A stretch of DNA of 64,000 nt from positions 1 to 64,000 of the forward strand of contig NIVC01001472.1 in assembly GCA_002269645.1 (NCBI GenBank), read 5' to 3'. The notes below the pieces were generated by a model. It saw nothing but the letters and a program-made list of their open reading frames with translations. It did not search any database and was not told where the DNA came from. This DNA is from Macrostomum lignano. Lineage: Eukaryota. Below, piece after piece: positions 52,023-64,000 of this stretch (its first letter is position 1; each line of letters starts with the position of its first letter). Position numbers and translations under genes: made by a program.

Positions 52023-53471
52023 TCAGAGCTGGCTAGTGTCCAGCAGCTGCTTCTCAACCTTGCCATTGCTCCGGCTAACCACCATAACGTCCTTCTCTCC
52101 GTAGACTTCCACGTAGAACATGCCCTCCCTTTTCTTGGCCATCTCACACTTGGCTAATTTGGCTAGGCGGCAGCTGATGATGCCGCTGACAATGCAAACA
52201 ACACATTCGGCACCGGCCGCGCCAAGAGCGCCTAGCAGCAGCTGGTCAAGCGTGTCTTTCTGGTAGGTGTGTCCGTCGGTTGTGTGGTTCACTAGGCCTA
52301 GTCTGAGCAGCTGAATGCTGATCACGGCAGTCAGGAGGGACACCACGGAGAAAGCGGAGAAGCAGAGAATCTGAAATATGGGATTGGGATTGAGACTGTT
52401 GGGTATCGGAGAATGGTGGATATTGTGTCCTGGTGTGTCTTATCTCATAGGACTATTGTGTCCCGGGTTGCCTCTAGATGTGGATTGTGTTCTGGGAGTG
52501 GGATGTCTAGATGAGAGTTGTGTCTTGGGGTGTCTCTGTCTCTAGATGAGGATTGTGTCCTGGGGTGTCTCTAGAAAAGATGAGGATTGTGTCTTCGGGT
52601 GTCTCTAGATTAGGATTGTGTCTTAGGGTGTCTCTACATGAGGATTGTGTCCTGGGGTGTCTCTAGATGAGAGTTCTCTTGGGTGTCTCTAGATGAGGAT
52701 TGTGTCCTGGGGTGTCTCTAGATGAGAGTTCTCTTGGGTGTCTCTAGATGAGGATTGTGTCCTGGGGTGTCTCTAGATCGTAGAAGCTGTCTAGTTGGAA
52801 CTTGGACCTGTGTGATTAGTGCGATTGGAGAACCGAGCATTTGCCTAAGCCATAAGTCGGTGTGTCGTACTAGCATACATGTGTCATGTACGCATAGATA
52901 AGCAGCTCTTACAATGTAGATAGTCTGCCTTCGCACGCAGGCAATCCCGATCATGCCGGTGACAAAGAACTGAAATATTGGAAAAGCGGTTTATACGACC
53001 TATAGTAGTTACAGAATAGAATAGGATTCACTGAAATTGTAATAAGAGTAACATTAATGTTGATTTGAGATATCTAATTGATATTGAGGATAAATTTTCT
53101 CAGAGACTGAACACAGACACTCGCTGATTGAGGATAAAGACACGGTGATGAGAATAAAAGCACAGTTTTTAGGGATAAATACACACTGATAAAGGATAAA
53201 GGCACAGTTAATAAGGACAAAGGGTACACTTAATGAGGATAAAGACACACTAATAAAGGATAAAGACACACTGATAAAGGGTAGACAGACTGACTGATCG
53301 ATTGCAAAGACTCACAAATCCGCCAGACCAGATAGGCGACACCCGATGCGCCATCCAGACCACAGCTTGAATGGTGGACACGGTGCCCAACATGATGGAC
53401 AGAGAGCCCAGAATGAGGTGGATCACGGCCAGCACCAGTACAGAGGCCAGTACAGACTGGTAAAGCTGCAT
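52023..53471 (-). CDS. TMEM196: TMEM196-like four-TM (CD20/MS4A-like) protein, 3 exons: 53471-53316, 52969-52913, 52370-52023
   Basis: VLAVIHLILGSLSIMLG..SPIWSGGF|FFVTGMIGIAC..|ILCFSAFS..ISCRLA..EMAKK resembles remembered TMEM196 motifs (SPVWSG, TCRLA, EMAEK). All junctions are phase-0 GT-AG. Confidence 0.78.
52430..52778. repeat. ~29-bp minisatellite in TMEM196-like intron
   Basis: Unit ctctagatgaggattgtgtcctggggtgt. Confidence 0.9.
53090..53280. repeat. Degenerate ~21-bp repeat in TMEM196-like intron
   Basis: Recurring gataaagacacactgataaag-like units. Confidence 0.7.
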
Positions 53472-54419
53472 CTCGAGGCACCAGCAAAGTCCAGCAGGCA
53501 GGCGGAGGCAGATATGCTTATACAAAGCCTATTGGAAATATTGTTCAGTCTGGCAAGAATTTTTCAGAGTGACTTTTTAAAGGAGAATTCCTAAGCGGCA
53601 GCTCACACAGACGGCAGTCCCTCCTCTGTGCCTGAGAATTTTGTTCCTCCATCTCTACCTTCCTCGCGGATTTTCTCAACTCTCAGCCGCTGGCAGGAGG
53701 GAGCAGAAACTCCCTCCTGCAGTTCCCCCTCCTCCCTCCGTCTCCTTTACTAGATGAGACTCAGTTTCTACTGCTCAGTTCTGCCTCTGTACTTCTTGGT
53801 CCTGCTGCCGGACCCTGCTAGACGGCAGCGGGGTGGGGGAGACGTCTGAGAGAGAGGAGAAATGGGTAAGAGAGGGAGATGGGCAGAGATGACTGGCAGG
53901 GAAGGAAAGGAAGGGCGAGAGATATTGAACGAAGTAGGGCGGCATATCCTAGTCCTCCTCAGTCCTGGGACTCCTCTGTTCCCTCTAATACTTTAATCTC
54001 GCCCCCCTCCTGCACCCGAGATTCTCTCAAGCACTCAAGCTCGCACGCCGTTAAGATCAATGAGAACGGCCCAGCCAGCCAAGCCCAGCACCCCCTCTGA
54101 CAGGACAGCAAGGCACGCAAAAATCGATACTGCTGTGCATTTAGCATGGAGAAGCTCGGTCCCTGATTCGGTCGGACCCACCTCCCCCTACTTTTCGAAT
54201 TCACGTAAACAAACGGTTGCCGCCCATTATAGCGAGATGAGGAGAGGAAGTTTCTCGAAAATTCTAAAAAGTACACTATGCTCGCCGCAGAGGATGCAGC
54301 TAAAGTGATGCATCATTAGTCAGGTGTTTAAAAAATGTAAATACATGTATAACAGGATTTTATTGCGACTTACATGTATAGCATGATCGCTAAGTGAGTC
54401 GCTTACGTAATCAATTTGA

Positions 54420-55610
54420 ATGTCGCTAAGTGTATCGCTTAGAATGTCATATAAATGTCGTTACGAATGTCGATTTGAGTGTCGCTTACGCTCGCATAAT
54501 GTCGATATAAAAAATCGCTTAGAATGTCGTTTGGAGTGTCCCCTAAAATGTCTATATAAATGTCAATTGGAATGTCGCTTATAATGTTGCTAAGAGTGTC
54601 GCTCAGAATGTCGGCAAAGTATCGCTTGGAATGTCGTTAAGAGTGTCGCTTAGAATGTCGATAAAACTTTCACTTAGAATGTTGCTAAGAGTGACGCCTA
54701 AAATGCCAACATAAATGTCGCTAAGAGTGTCGCTCAGAATGTCGGTAAGAGTGTCGCTAAGAATGTCGATATAAATGTCGTTAAGAGTGTCACTTAGAAT
54801 GTCGATATAGATTTCACTTAGAATGTTGCTAAGAGTGCCGCCTAAATTTCTAACATAAATGTCGCTAAGAGTGTTGCTTAGAATGTCATATAAATGTCGT
54901 TATGAATGTCGATTTGAGTGTCGCTTACGCTGGCATAATGTCGATATAAAATCTCGCTTCGAATGTCGTTTGGAGTGTCCCCTAAAATGTCTATATAACT
55001 GTCGATTGGAATGTCGCTTATAATGTTGCTAAGAGTGTCGCTCAGAATGTCGGCAAAGTATCGCTTGGAATGTCGTTAAGAGTGTCGCTTAGAATGTCGA
55101 TAAAACTTTCACTTAGAATGTTGCTAAGAGTGACGCCTAAAATGCCAACATAAATGTCGCTAAGAGTGTCGCTCAGAATGTCGGTAAGAGTGTCGCTAAG
55201 AATGTCGATATAAATGTCGTTAAGAGTGTCACTTAGAATGTCGATATAGATTTCACTTAGAATGTTGCTAAGAGTGCCGCCTAAATTTCTAACATAAATG
55301 TCGCTAAGAGTGTTGCTTAGAATGTCATATATATATATCGTTAAGAATGTCGATTTAAGTGTCGCTTACGCTCGCATAATGTCGATATAAAATCTCGCTT
55401 CGAATGTCGTTTGGAGTGTCCCCTAAAATGTCTATATAACTGTCGATTCCAATGTCGCTTAGAATGTTGCTAAGAGTGCCGCCTAAAATGCCAACATAAA
55501 TTTCGTTAAGAGTGTCGCTTAGAATGTCGATATAAATGTCGTTAAGAGTGTCGCTCAGAATGTCGATATAAATGTCGTTAAGAGTGTCGCTCAGATGTCA
55601 CTTAGAATGT
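54420..55610. repeat. Satellite of 12-13-bp monomers organised into a 439-bp higher-order repeat (~2.7 copies)
   Basis: Monomers such as agaatgtcgctta and gagtgtcgctta; the landmark gaatgtcatata recurs at 54442, 54881 and 55320. Confidence 0.92.
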
Positions 55611-57274
55611 AGGAAGATATAATTATATACGAGCGTGTATGCCAATAAACCTGCCACTTAGAAAGTCGCTAAAATAGTCGTTAACGTGTCCCTGAACAGT
55701 AAGCCAGACCCAATCGGAAGTAATAAAATCAAGAAAGCACCAATAAGGCAGTCAATCATCATGTTATTATTTAGGCATATGATTATTGTATAATCAATAC
55801 TTCTGTGCATCGAGCTCAGAATTGCGGAAATGACAAGTTGGATTGAGAAAGAAACCAGTAAGCATTTGTTAATATTGCACAGCAATAACCGTTTATTTGC
55901 ATTCTTCCATCTGGTTCGCTCGCCAAAATAAACGAAATGTGGGCATAAGCAACAACAAAAATACTGTCGTTAAAAATTGTTTACTCAGGCGCACTATGAA
56001 GGACTGCTACTGAAGTACATACAGATAGGTGCGCGAGCAGTGGCAGGAAAAGCAAGCTCACTGGATTGATATGAGCGGCAGATATTTGCAGACAATTTTA
56101 TTCTGTCCGTCTGTTATTGTTGTGTTTGTGTAGAAAATCAATGCGAAATTGGAATAATTGGTGCCCTTTTTACACGGTGATGACTGGGCCAAAAAGCGGC
56201 CTCACAGCGATTTTTTAATAAACGTTTTGCGTTTCTAGTTGACTAAGTGGCTGGCTTTACAGCAGGAGTCGGCAAGCCCAGCAGCCAGATGAGACTAGGG
56301 AGAGCGGAGAGAGGAGGGAGACGAGAGGAGGGAAATGAGAGGAGGAGATGAGATAAGTGGAGATGAGAGAGGAGAACTGAGAAGAGACACAAACCTTGAG
56401 CGGGCCGGATTGGTTATTGTGAGGTTTCACAGGACCCGAGAGCCGAAGTTGTGCCGACCCCTGCCTTACAGTAATAAACAGCTAGCTAAAAAGTCAGCCA
56501 ATTTGCTTACACACAGTCGAGTGTTCGGAGAGCAAAATGTTTCAAATTAATTGCAATTCGGTGGGCTGGGCATATTTTCAAGTGTTTTTTTGTAAAAATA
56601 ACAAAATTATAAAACAAGATATAAAAGACAATGTATAACAATGCAGGTTTATGCGGGAAAAATAAATATGTACAACTAGATTACCTGTATAGATTATATA
56701 ATAATACAATTGGTGCTCGCCCTTCTGGAGACAATGGATCTTGCAACTCAGACGACTATGACCCATGCAGGTGAGAACCCAGCCTGCTGCAGTTCATAGC
56801 TGTTAGTTGAGTTAAAGTTGAGTTAAAAAAGGAGACAATTTCTAATTTAAAAAACAAACAAAAACTTGGAGATTTACACAACATATCGGCGACACTGTGG
56901 TCCCCATATTACAGATTGGTTGGGAGTGCGGATGCACTTCTAATTGCGGCATGTTATTAAAATACGATTTCTACTTGACAACTTCTTTACATCCTTTGGG
57001 ATATCCGACATTATCTTAGAATCGTAGGCATGTCTCATAATTAATGTTTATGGATCTGTGACAATATATTAGAATATTTAGGGATGCCTGACAATTCTGG
57101 TCTCTGACAATATCATTGAATTGTCAGGGATCTTCGATAGTCACTTAATCAATTCTAGGATACTAAAATTCGACAACATAAATTTAAAAATTAATCTTTT
57201 TAAAAAGCAGATAAAAACGGTAAAACCCGTGCCAATGAGACCCCGCTACCAGCACTGCAATCACTCCACCAAGC

Positions 57275-59933
57275 TCAGATACTGCTGAGGCTGGCCAGCT
57301 CCCGCTTCACCCGGTCCATGTCCACGCAGCAGGCGTGAAAGCTCTTCTTAATATTGTCGATCTCCTCTTTCAGGCCCGCGATGTTGTCCACAGCCGTGCG
57401 CTTGAACCTGCTCAGCTCCAGGATCTCCCGGTCGCGCTGGGCCGCCTCCGAGCGAAGGCGCTGCACCTCCTGAAGCAGCTCAGCGAGCGTCTCCGGCTGC
57501 TGCTGACCGGACCCGCCAGCCGCGCTGTAAGACGTGGCGGCCGTGGTCAGCTGGGAGCTCTCGGTGCGGCTGGTCTCCTCTTCCAGATGCTGCGGGGCGT
57601 TCAATGGATTGCTGCTCAGTTGCTATGCGGGCCTTGGCAACCAGCGGTCACCTGGATTTTCCTTCACCGTTCCCTATACTGTGGGATTCCCATACCCTAC
57701 AACTGTGGGATTCCCATACACTACACTGTGGGATTCCCATATCCTACACAGTGGATTCCCATACCCTACAACTGTGTGATTCCCATACCCTACAACTGTG
57801 GGATTCCCATACCCTACACTGTGGGATACCCATACCCTACAACTGTGGGATTCCCATACCCTACACTGTGGGATTCCCATACCCTACACTAGGGAATACG
57901 TTTCATACGAAACTGCACCACAGGGGCCTTAGCTCTGATTCTAAATAGCACTAGTTGAACTGAAAGAAACTGAGCGCTCCTATTGATTATGAGACCCTGA
58001 GTGAGAGAGCTTCGGTAAGCGGAACGGACAGCTAAGGTGCGTCAAAGCTTGTAGTTAAGAAGTTTTTGATTCTGACAACTGGATTGTAATTTTTTATCTT
58101 CGATTTATAGGACGATTTTGAAGGCGATTTTAGAACCATTTTAAGGGCTATTCTTTAGATGATTTCAAAGGAATTTTAGGACGCCTTTAGGGGCGATCTT
58201 AGGACGCTTTTAGGGGCGCTCTTAGGACGCCTTTAGGTGCGCTCTTAGGACGCCTTTAGGAGCGATCTTAGGACGCCTTTAGGGGCGCTCTTAGGACGCC
58301 TTTAGGGGCGCTCTTAGGACGCCTTTAGGGGCGATCTTAGGACGCCTTTACGGGCGATCTTAGGACGATTTTTAAGGCGATATTAGGACAATTTTAGGTC
58401 AATTTTACGGGGCGACTCTAAAGATTCGAGGAGCGATCTTACGAGGACTTTAGGGGCGATTCTAGGACACTTTTTTCAGGACGATTTTAGGGGCAATTTT
58501 TAGACAACTTTTAGAGTCGATTTTGAAAGGATTGTAGGAGTGATTTTTTAAAGGGCTAATCAGGACACTCACCGGGCCCCTGTGATTGGCTCCGTTTGGC
58601 GGCCTCTTGCCGGCCACCGGCCGCGGCCTGCCAGCTGCCGCGTCGGCCAGCGGCTGCCGCTGCGGGTGGTCGCCAGCCAGCAGGCCGTTGCTGCCGGCGT
58701 GTGCAGCGGCGGAGTCCAGCCCGCCGGACGAGTTCTGGTGCCGGGCGGCGGCGCTGACAGGCGGCCGGGCCGGCGCGGCGGCGGCAGTCGAGGAGGCGGC
58801 CTGTCGGGCAGGCGCGGCAGCCGAGGCGGAGCAGGGCTCAACAAAGTTGTCGGGGAACACGCCGACCTGGCCGTGCAGCTCGCCCTGCCACCAGCCGTCG
58901 TCGCTGAGGTTGCGGTTGGTGACGCGGATCACGTCGCCGATGTGGAGGGTCAGCTCGTCCTGGTGCTGGGCCGTGTAGGCGTGGATCACCTGCGTTGCCA
59001 TGGAGATGGGGATTGTGAATGAGGATATTCTTATGGATTCGGGACCCGGGCTTTTGTAATTGGGATCTGGGTGTCTGTAATTGGTATCTGGGTGTCTGTA
59101 ATTGGGATCTGGGTGTCTGTAATTGGGATCTGGGTGTCTGTGATTGGGATCTGGGTGTCTGTAATTTGTTATCTGGGTGTCTATAATTGGGATCTGGGTG
59201 TCTGTAATTGGGATCTGGGTGTCTGTGATTGGGATCTGGGTGTCTGTACCGGTAATTTGTTATCTGGGTGTCTATAATTGGGATCTGGGTGTCTGTAATT
59301 GGGATCTGGGTGTCTGTAATTGGGATCAGGGTGTCTGTAATTGGGATCTGTGCCCCAATACCCGAGCCACTCCAACCCAGCCTCCCTAACCTTCACATAG
59401 TCCGAGTGCATCTGCAGCTTGGCCTTATCAGACAGCGAGGCCGATGCTGAACCGCCAGCAGTCGCCGACTGCGCAGGCTTCGGCTGGTGCTGCCTGACTG
59501 CGCTGGTGGGCGCCATCCCGGGCAGGGGGCGCGGCGGCAGCTGCTGCTGCTCGTGCGGCGGCTGGCCACCCCCGCCGTCAATGTCCAGATAGGCCAGCGG
59601 GACGGGGAACTTGGCGGCCAGCTTGGGCACGTAGACGGTCGCCACAGCGGCGGATCCGGCAGCTGGCAGCGGCTCAATCGCATAGACAGCCGAATTGGCC
59701 TCCAAGCCGGAGGCGCGCAGCTTCGGGTCAACCCGGCGCAGGGTGGCCAGGCGGCACGGTTTAACAAAATTGTCAGGGAACAGGCCGCGTCTGCCCGCCG
59801 AGTTCCGGCCGCGAAGCCAGCCGTCCTCCTCCGGCTCGGCGTCGTACAGCAGCTCGCCTTTGACTATGGAGAGCTCGTCCTCCTGGTCGGCTTTGTAATC
59901 GAACTCCACTAAATAGCAGCACTTGTCCGACAT
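57275..59933 (-). CDS. SH3KBP1: CD2AP/SH3KBP1 (CIN85/cindr)-like adaptor: two SH3 domains, Pro-rich linker, CPI-like motif, C-terminal coiled coil; exons 59933-59391, 58989-58573, 57589-57275
   Basis: VEFDYKADQEDELSI..EDGWLRG..GLFPDNFV; DYVK|VIHAYTAQHQDELTL..DGWWQGELHGQVGVFPDNFV; AAAGRPRPVAGKRPP; terminal heptads LAELLQEVQRLR..LKEEIDNIKK. Confidence 0.82.
57680..57890. repeat. 23-24-bp minisatellite in adaptor-gene intron 2
   Basis: Unit (a)ctgtgggattcccataccctaca. Confidence 0.93.
58120..58515. repeat. 23-bp minisatellite with degenerate flanks in adaptor-gene intron 2
   Basis: Unit ttaggacgcctttaggggcg(c/a)tc. Confidence 0.9.
59057..59350. repeat. 21-bp minisatellite in adaptor-gene intron 1
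   Basis: Unit taattgggatctgggtgtctg. Confidence 0.93.
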
Positions 59934-60269
59934 TGCGCAGCTGCAGTGTGTTTTTGTTTTAATAATTCGCTAAATTCCAACTGATATCTCTGTTCCACTG
60001 CGGGATGAAGAACTCAAAAGCATAGATGAAGAAAGTGAGTGAATAGTTTATGGCTGAGACTTCCTTAAAGCTGTGTGGCATTCGGGAATTCCCTCAATTT
60101 AATTCTATTTTAGCCTGACTATCATGGCCTGGCCATCCAAAAGCCAAATGAACGATTATTTATGTTATACAAAACAGACATTTTCTTTGCCATATAGTGA
60201 AGAGCACATGCTAAAATTGTACCATAAATACCATACATGCGCAACCCCAGATTTACACTGGCTGTGCAA

Positions 60270-60390
60270 CACTTTTTAGCCAAAAATGCGACTTACCTAA
60301 AAAACCTAAGCAAAATTAACATAAAAATAGGTAAATGGCAGAAGTAACTATAACTGTATTATAAGGGCTAAATGCCTCATCATCTAATTA
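60270..60390 (+). repeat. Dispersed AT-rich repeat; related copies at ~33400-33570 and ~62720-62930
   Basis: Shared aagcaaaa..gtaa(c/t)tataa..aggctaaatgcc..atctaatta; the other two copies continue with ..aactta(a/t)cttggct(g/a)agcccctc. Confidence 0.7.
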
Positions 60391-60930
60391 ATCGGGAGTT
60401 TTGGCTGTATGATAAATAACATTCATTTAAAATTGAAAAAGTAGATTTTAATTGTCAAGTTTCAAATTCTAAGTTCAACCTATCAGTTTAATGGATAAAC
60501 CTATTAGTTGCACTTTCATAAGGCCTAAATTTTACATTGCAAAAATGTTGTGGCTTATAAAAGAAGGGCTAATATGCTATGGTTTTTAATAGGGTTAGGG
60601 TTCCAGTTAACTATTTTTCTTAAATTGATCATACACATACCTGCCAACAGACATTTTTGGTATATGGATATAAAAGAATTGCTTTGTCAAATTTATATAA
60701 ATATTTGTTAGGGAATTGCTAAGATAAGATATAAAGATTCATGGGAAGAATTGCTAAGATATCACCATACTCTCAAATCTATTATACAATATGCTAGAAA
60801 AAATGACCCCCTACACTATAAATTTAAATGTATACCAGAAAAACAAATCTACTTGTGATCTATATGCCAGATTATCAAAAAATCATTATGACAATAAAGG
60901 ACCTTTTAGCATTGTGACAATTAAGGACCT

Positions 60931-62158
60931 TGTGAGTTGGGGTTGCATGTGTACTTTAATTATATACATTGGGCCACGATCAATATTAATCAGAGGGGTG
61001 CTGCACCCTAGTACCCTAAATATATATTCACTGGTTGTGGGCTCTTGTGAGAGCCATACTATTTTCTACCTCATGCTAACCATCTAAGTTTACTCACTAC
61101 AATGGCATTGCAAGCCACAAACTAATAAGCAGCATGGCAGCAAATATCACTAATGCCACCTAGCCCGTTTGCAATAGACGGTGACACTCACACCACTGCG
61201 CAGCATTGGGCAGCTTGGGCTCACAGGTTTGAGACCTACATTGCAGCAGCCAGAATTTTTTATGAGAAATGGGTGCAGCAGCTGCTTCTTTATATGGAGA
61301 AGAACTGCAGAATGTAGTTGAAGAAAACCAGATTGTAGCAGGTGAGGGTCACAAGGACCTTGTGAAAAACATCCAGCAATACTAGGATAGAAGGAACAAT
61401 ATTGTCTTCCTCCCCTTCAAATTTGAGACCCGTTGACAGCAGGCAGAAGAGTTAGTGGACAGGTGGCACCAGCGGCTGCATAAGGCAGCCAACGCCTACA
61501 ACTTTGGATAGCTGCAAGACTCTCTTGGCAATGACATGCTGCAGCATCGCATTGGAGCTTAGAAGGTTTGATGCCATTTGAGACGCCATTTGAGAATGGT
61601 GCTTGGAAAGTCAAACGAATGTCTAGAAACTCCTTGAAGCTGCACCGCAATGGCGCTTCTTGCTGATGTCATTGCATAGCCATCAAGCTAGTCATCCTGG
61701 ATCTGATCTCAGATGCTTCACTAGTGACAATGACTGGCACCCTTCCTGGAGATCCAGACTCCAGGGGCTGCTAGCAATGCAACAACATCCATGTGCAACA
61801 AAGTGCAGTACAAGTGATTTGAATGGTCAATATCTATCAACTGTCAATATTTGTGAACTGTCAATTTTTTTAAATCTACTTTTGTGACATCAATATTTCA
61901 ACTTTTAGTATCTAATATTTGCATTTTTATTTTTCTATTACTTGTTTTTTGAGTGCCAAATTGCAAGTCATTTCTGTGAAAAGAGGAGAGATGCGAATTG
62001 GGGTTGCATGTATATTTTACTTATGTATATCGAGCCATGCCCAATCAATATAACTTGGAGGGGTGCTATACCCAAAATATATATTCACTGGTTGCTGGCT
62101 CTTGTAAGAGCCATATTATTTTCTACCTTGTGCTAATAGTCTGAGTTTATTCACTACA
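60931..62158 (+). mobile_element. 1.2-kb non-autonomous Ty3/Gypsy LTR element: two ~170-bp LTRs, PBS-like site, gag remnant, PPT, no pol
   Basis: LTRs at 60931-61101 and 61992-62158 (TG...CA). TGG lies 1 nt after the 5' LTR; the purine tract gaaaagaggagaga precedes the 3' LTR; TSD gacct/gacat. Gag-like MPPSPFAIDGD..AQHWAAWAHRFETYIAA..LLLY..GEELQ with stops and frameshifts. Confidence 0.88.
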
Positions 62159-64000
62159 GACATTTTTTGCATTGTGACAATACAAGACCCTTTCTTGCAT
62201 TATGACATTTTGGTCTTTTGTATGCCAACAGCTATACTATATGCTAGTTCTATGGCACAATTTTCCTGCAGATTGTTCTATATATTAGATACTTTACGTT
62301 AACCATTTTTTCAGGTCCACTCATTGTGCATGCAGATATTTTCTGGCATATATATAAGATTCAGGAGTAGGAATATATCAAGGCTTAGAGAAATTGCTAT
62401 AATGCTGTTTCTTAGGGAGAATTACTAAGATATCAAGGCTCATTAGAAAGAATTAGGCCCTACTAAAATACTGACTATTAAAAGAAATTTTAAGGCTTAT
62501 TGGAATATTACTAAGACACTAAGGCTTAGATTATAGGTACGATAAGATATTAAGACTCATAGGTCATAGTGAAATTGCTAAGATACAATACTTATAAAGA
62601 GATTGCTCAATACTATGGTTTATAAAGAAGAGGGTTGGTAAGATACTAAAGGACAAGGTAAACATATATGCCCAACTTCAAAATTTTATCTAGCTATATG
62701 ACTTTGTCTTAGGCCTAGGCCTACTTTTTGACCAAAAATGCAACTTATCTATAAAAGAAGCCATAAAGCAAAATTAATATAATTTTGGATAAGTGGCAAA
62801 AGTAATTATAACTATATTATTAAGGCTAAATGCCTTCTTATCTAATTAGTAACTATCTATGCCTATATTTTTCTAGTCAGTATTTTTGCAACTTATCTTG
62901 GCTAAGCCCCTCACTACTTAGCCAAATAGGCCAGGTATTAGGCATATATAATATAATGGTCAACTAGAAGTAGAATTAGGATTAAGGCTAAGCTAGATAC
63001 TAAATAATAGACCTAGCCTAGCACTATATCTGTAAGCCTAATTAAAGCAAAAATGTTTATACATTGTATAGGCCTATGGTTATAAAATTTAGAACACTGA
63101 AAAATATTTGAATTTGAATAGGTAAAAAATATAGCCTAATTCAATGTTGATGTTGAATTTTTTAAGATAGAGCCTAGGGGCCTACGGCCTACACGCTACA
63201 CCTACGACCTAGGCCTACTTAAATAGTGTACAAGTACTTAGCTATGCTTATTGGCCTATTGCTAATTATTTTTGTAAATTGTATGCACGAAATGCTAAAC
63301 ATAATAGGCCTATCTGTAGCTTTACCTTAAAATAGGCTATTTTTAATAAGCTTAGGCCTACTACTAGGCCTACTATTTATAATTTATCCAATAGTCCTAT
63401 AACACTACTGGACAAAAAAGCTTATTAATATTTAGCCAGCAGTCCTACCCTACTGCCAGTCAAATAAGCAGATCACATAGCTTAAAATACAAAACGTACT
63501 GTATAATGCATGCATGTAGCTTAGCTTAAGCATGTATTTAAAGAACATTTAGAACAACAAGCTGATTGAAAATTGAAACCCACGGATTTTGAACCCACCG
63601 TCGAATTCGAAACTCCGGAAGTATTTTTGCATGCATTTATAAAATCTAAAGCCATACTCAAACAAATGTTGTTAATAGTTGTGATGGATACAGGTAAACA
63701 CTTAATGTATTTTTTAACTATATTTTTTAACGTAATAGAATAAAATCAAATTAAACTTACAGCGTCCGGACAGCAATTTAACAGAATCTTTTTTATGTAA
63801 GACAAGATTAATTTGTAGCTGTTAAGTAAAATGAAAAAGCGATAAGCAATTTCTGCATCCCTCATCAGCTGGCAAAGCATGTGGTGCTTTTGCATGTAAC
63901 ACTCTTGCAAGTATGCAAGACATCAGCAAGACCCAATTCTTAATTGTTCCCCCCTCCTCCTTGCACAAAAGATGAAAGAGGCCAGCTGCAGTTCGACGCA

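Overview
Eukaryotic (metazoan) genomic DNA. It has GC-rich, Ala/Pro/Gln-rich exons in AT-rich spacers, GT-AG introns, an intronless innexin, and a different minisatellite in nearly every intron or intergenic gap. This style resembles the flatworm Macrostomum; that assignment is inference, not verified. Ten host genes can be reconstructed: an SLC46-like MFS transporter (partial, frameshifted), a 6-exon TM7SF3 homologue, a GRXCR-type glutaredoxin/Cys-rich protein, a BTB protein, an innexin, a 1286-aa disordered orphan, a 4-TM orphan, a 3-exon SLC16-like transporter, a 3-exon TMEM196-like gene, and a 3-exon CD2AP/SH3KBP1-like adaptor. Mobile DNA comprises a Tc1/IS630 deletion derivative, three MITEs from apparently different superfamilies (P-like with 8-bp TSD, PIF/Harbinger with TTA TSD, MULE with 9-bp TSD), a decayed 2.9-kb PHD-finger MULE, and a 1.2-kb LTR element with only a gag remnant. 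About 25 tandem arrays are present, including a 4.5-kb patterned (GATA)n. No rRNA, tRNA, CRISPR or prokaryotic system was found. All calls come from reading the sequence by eye and from remembered family motifs; no database search was run. The best leads are the young P-like MITE, the PHD-MULE, the orphan with repeated KIKI/ET-type motifs, and tandem arrays built around transcription-factor consensus sites.
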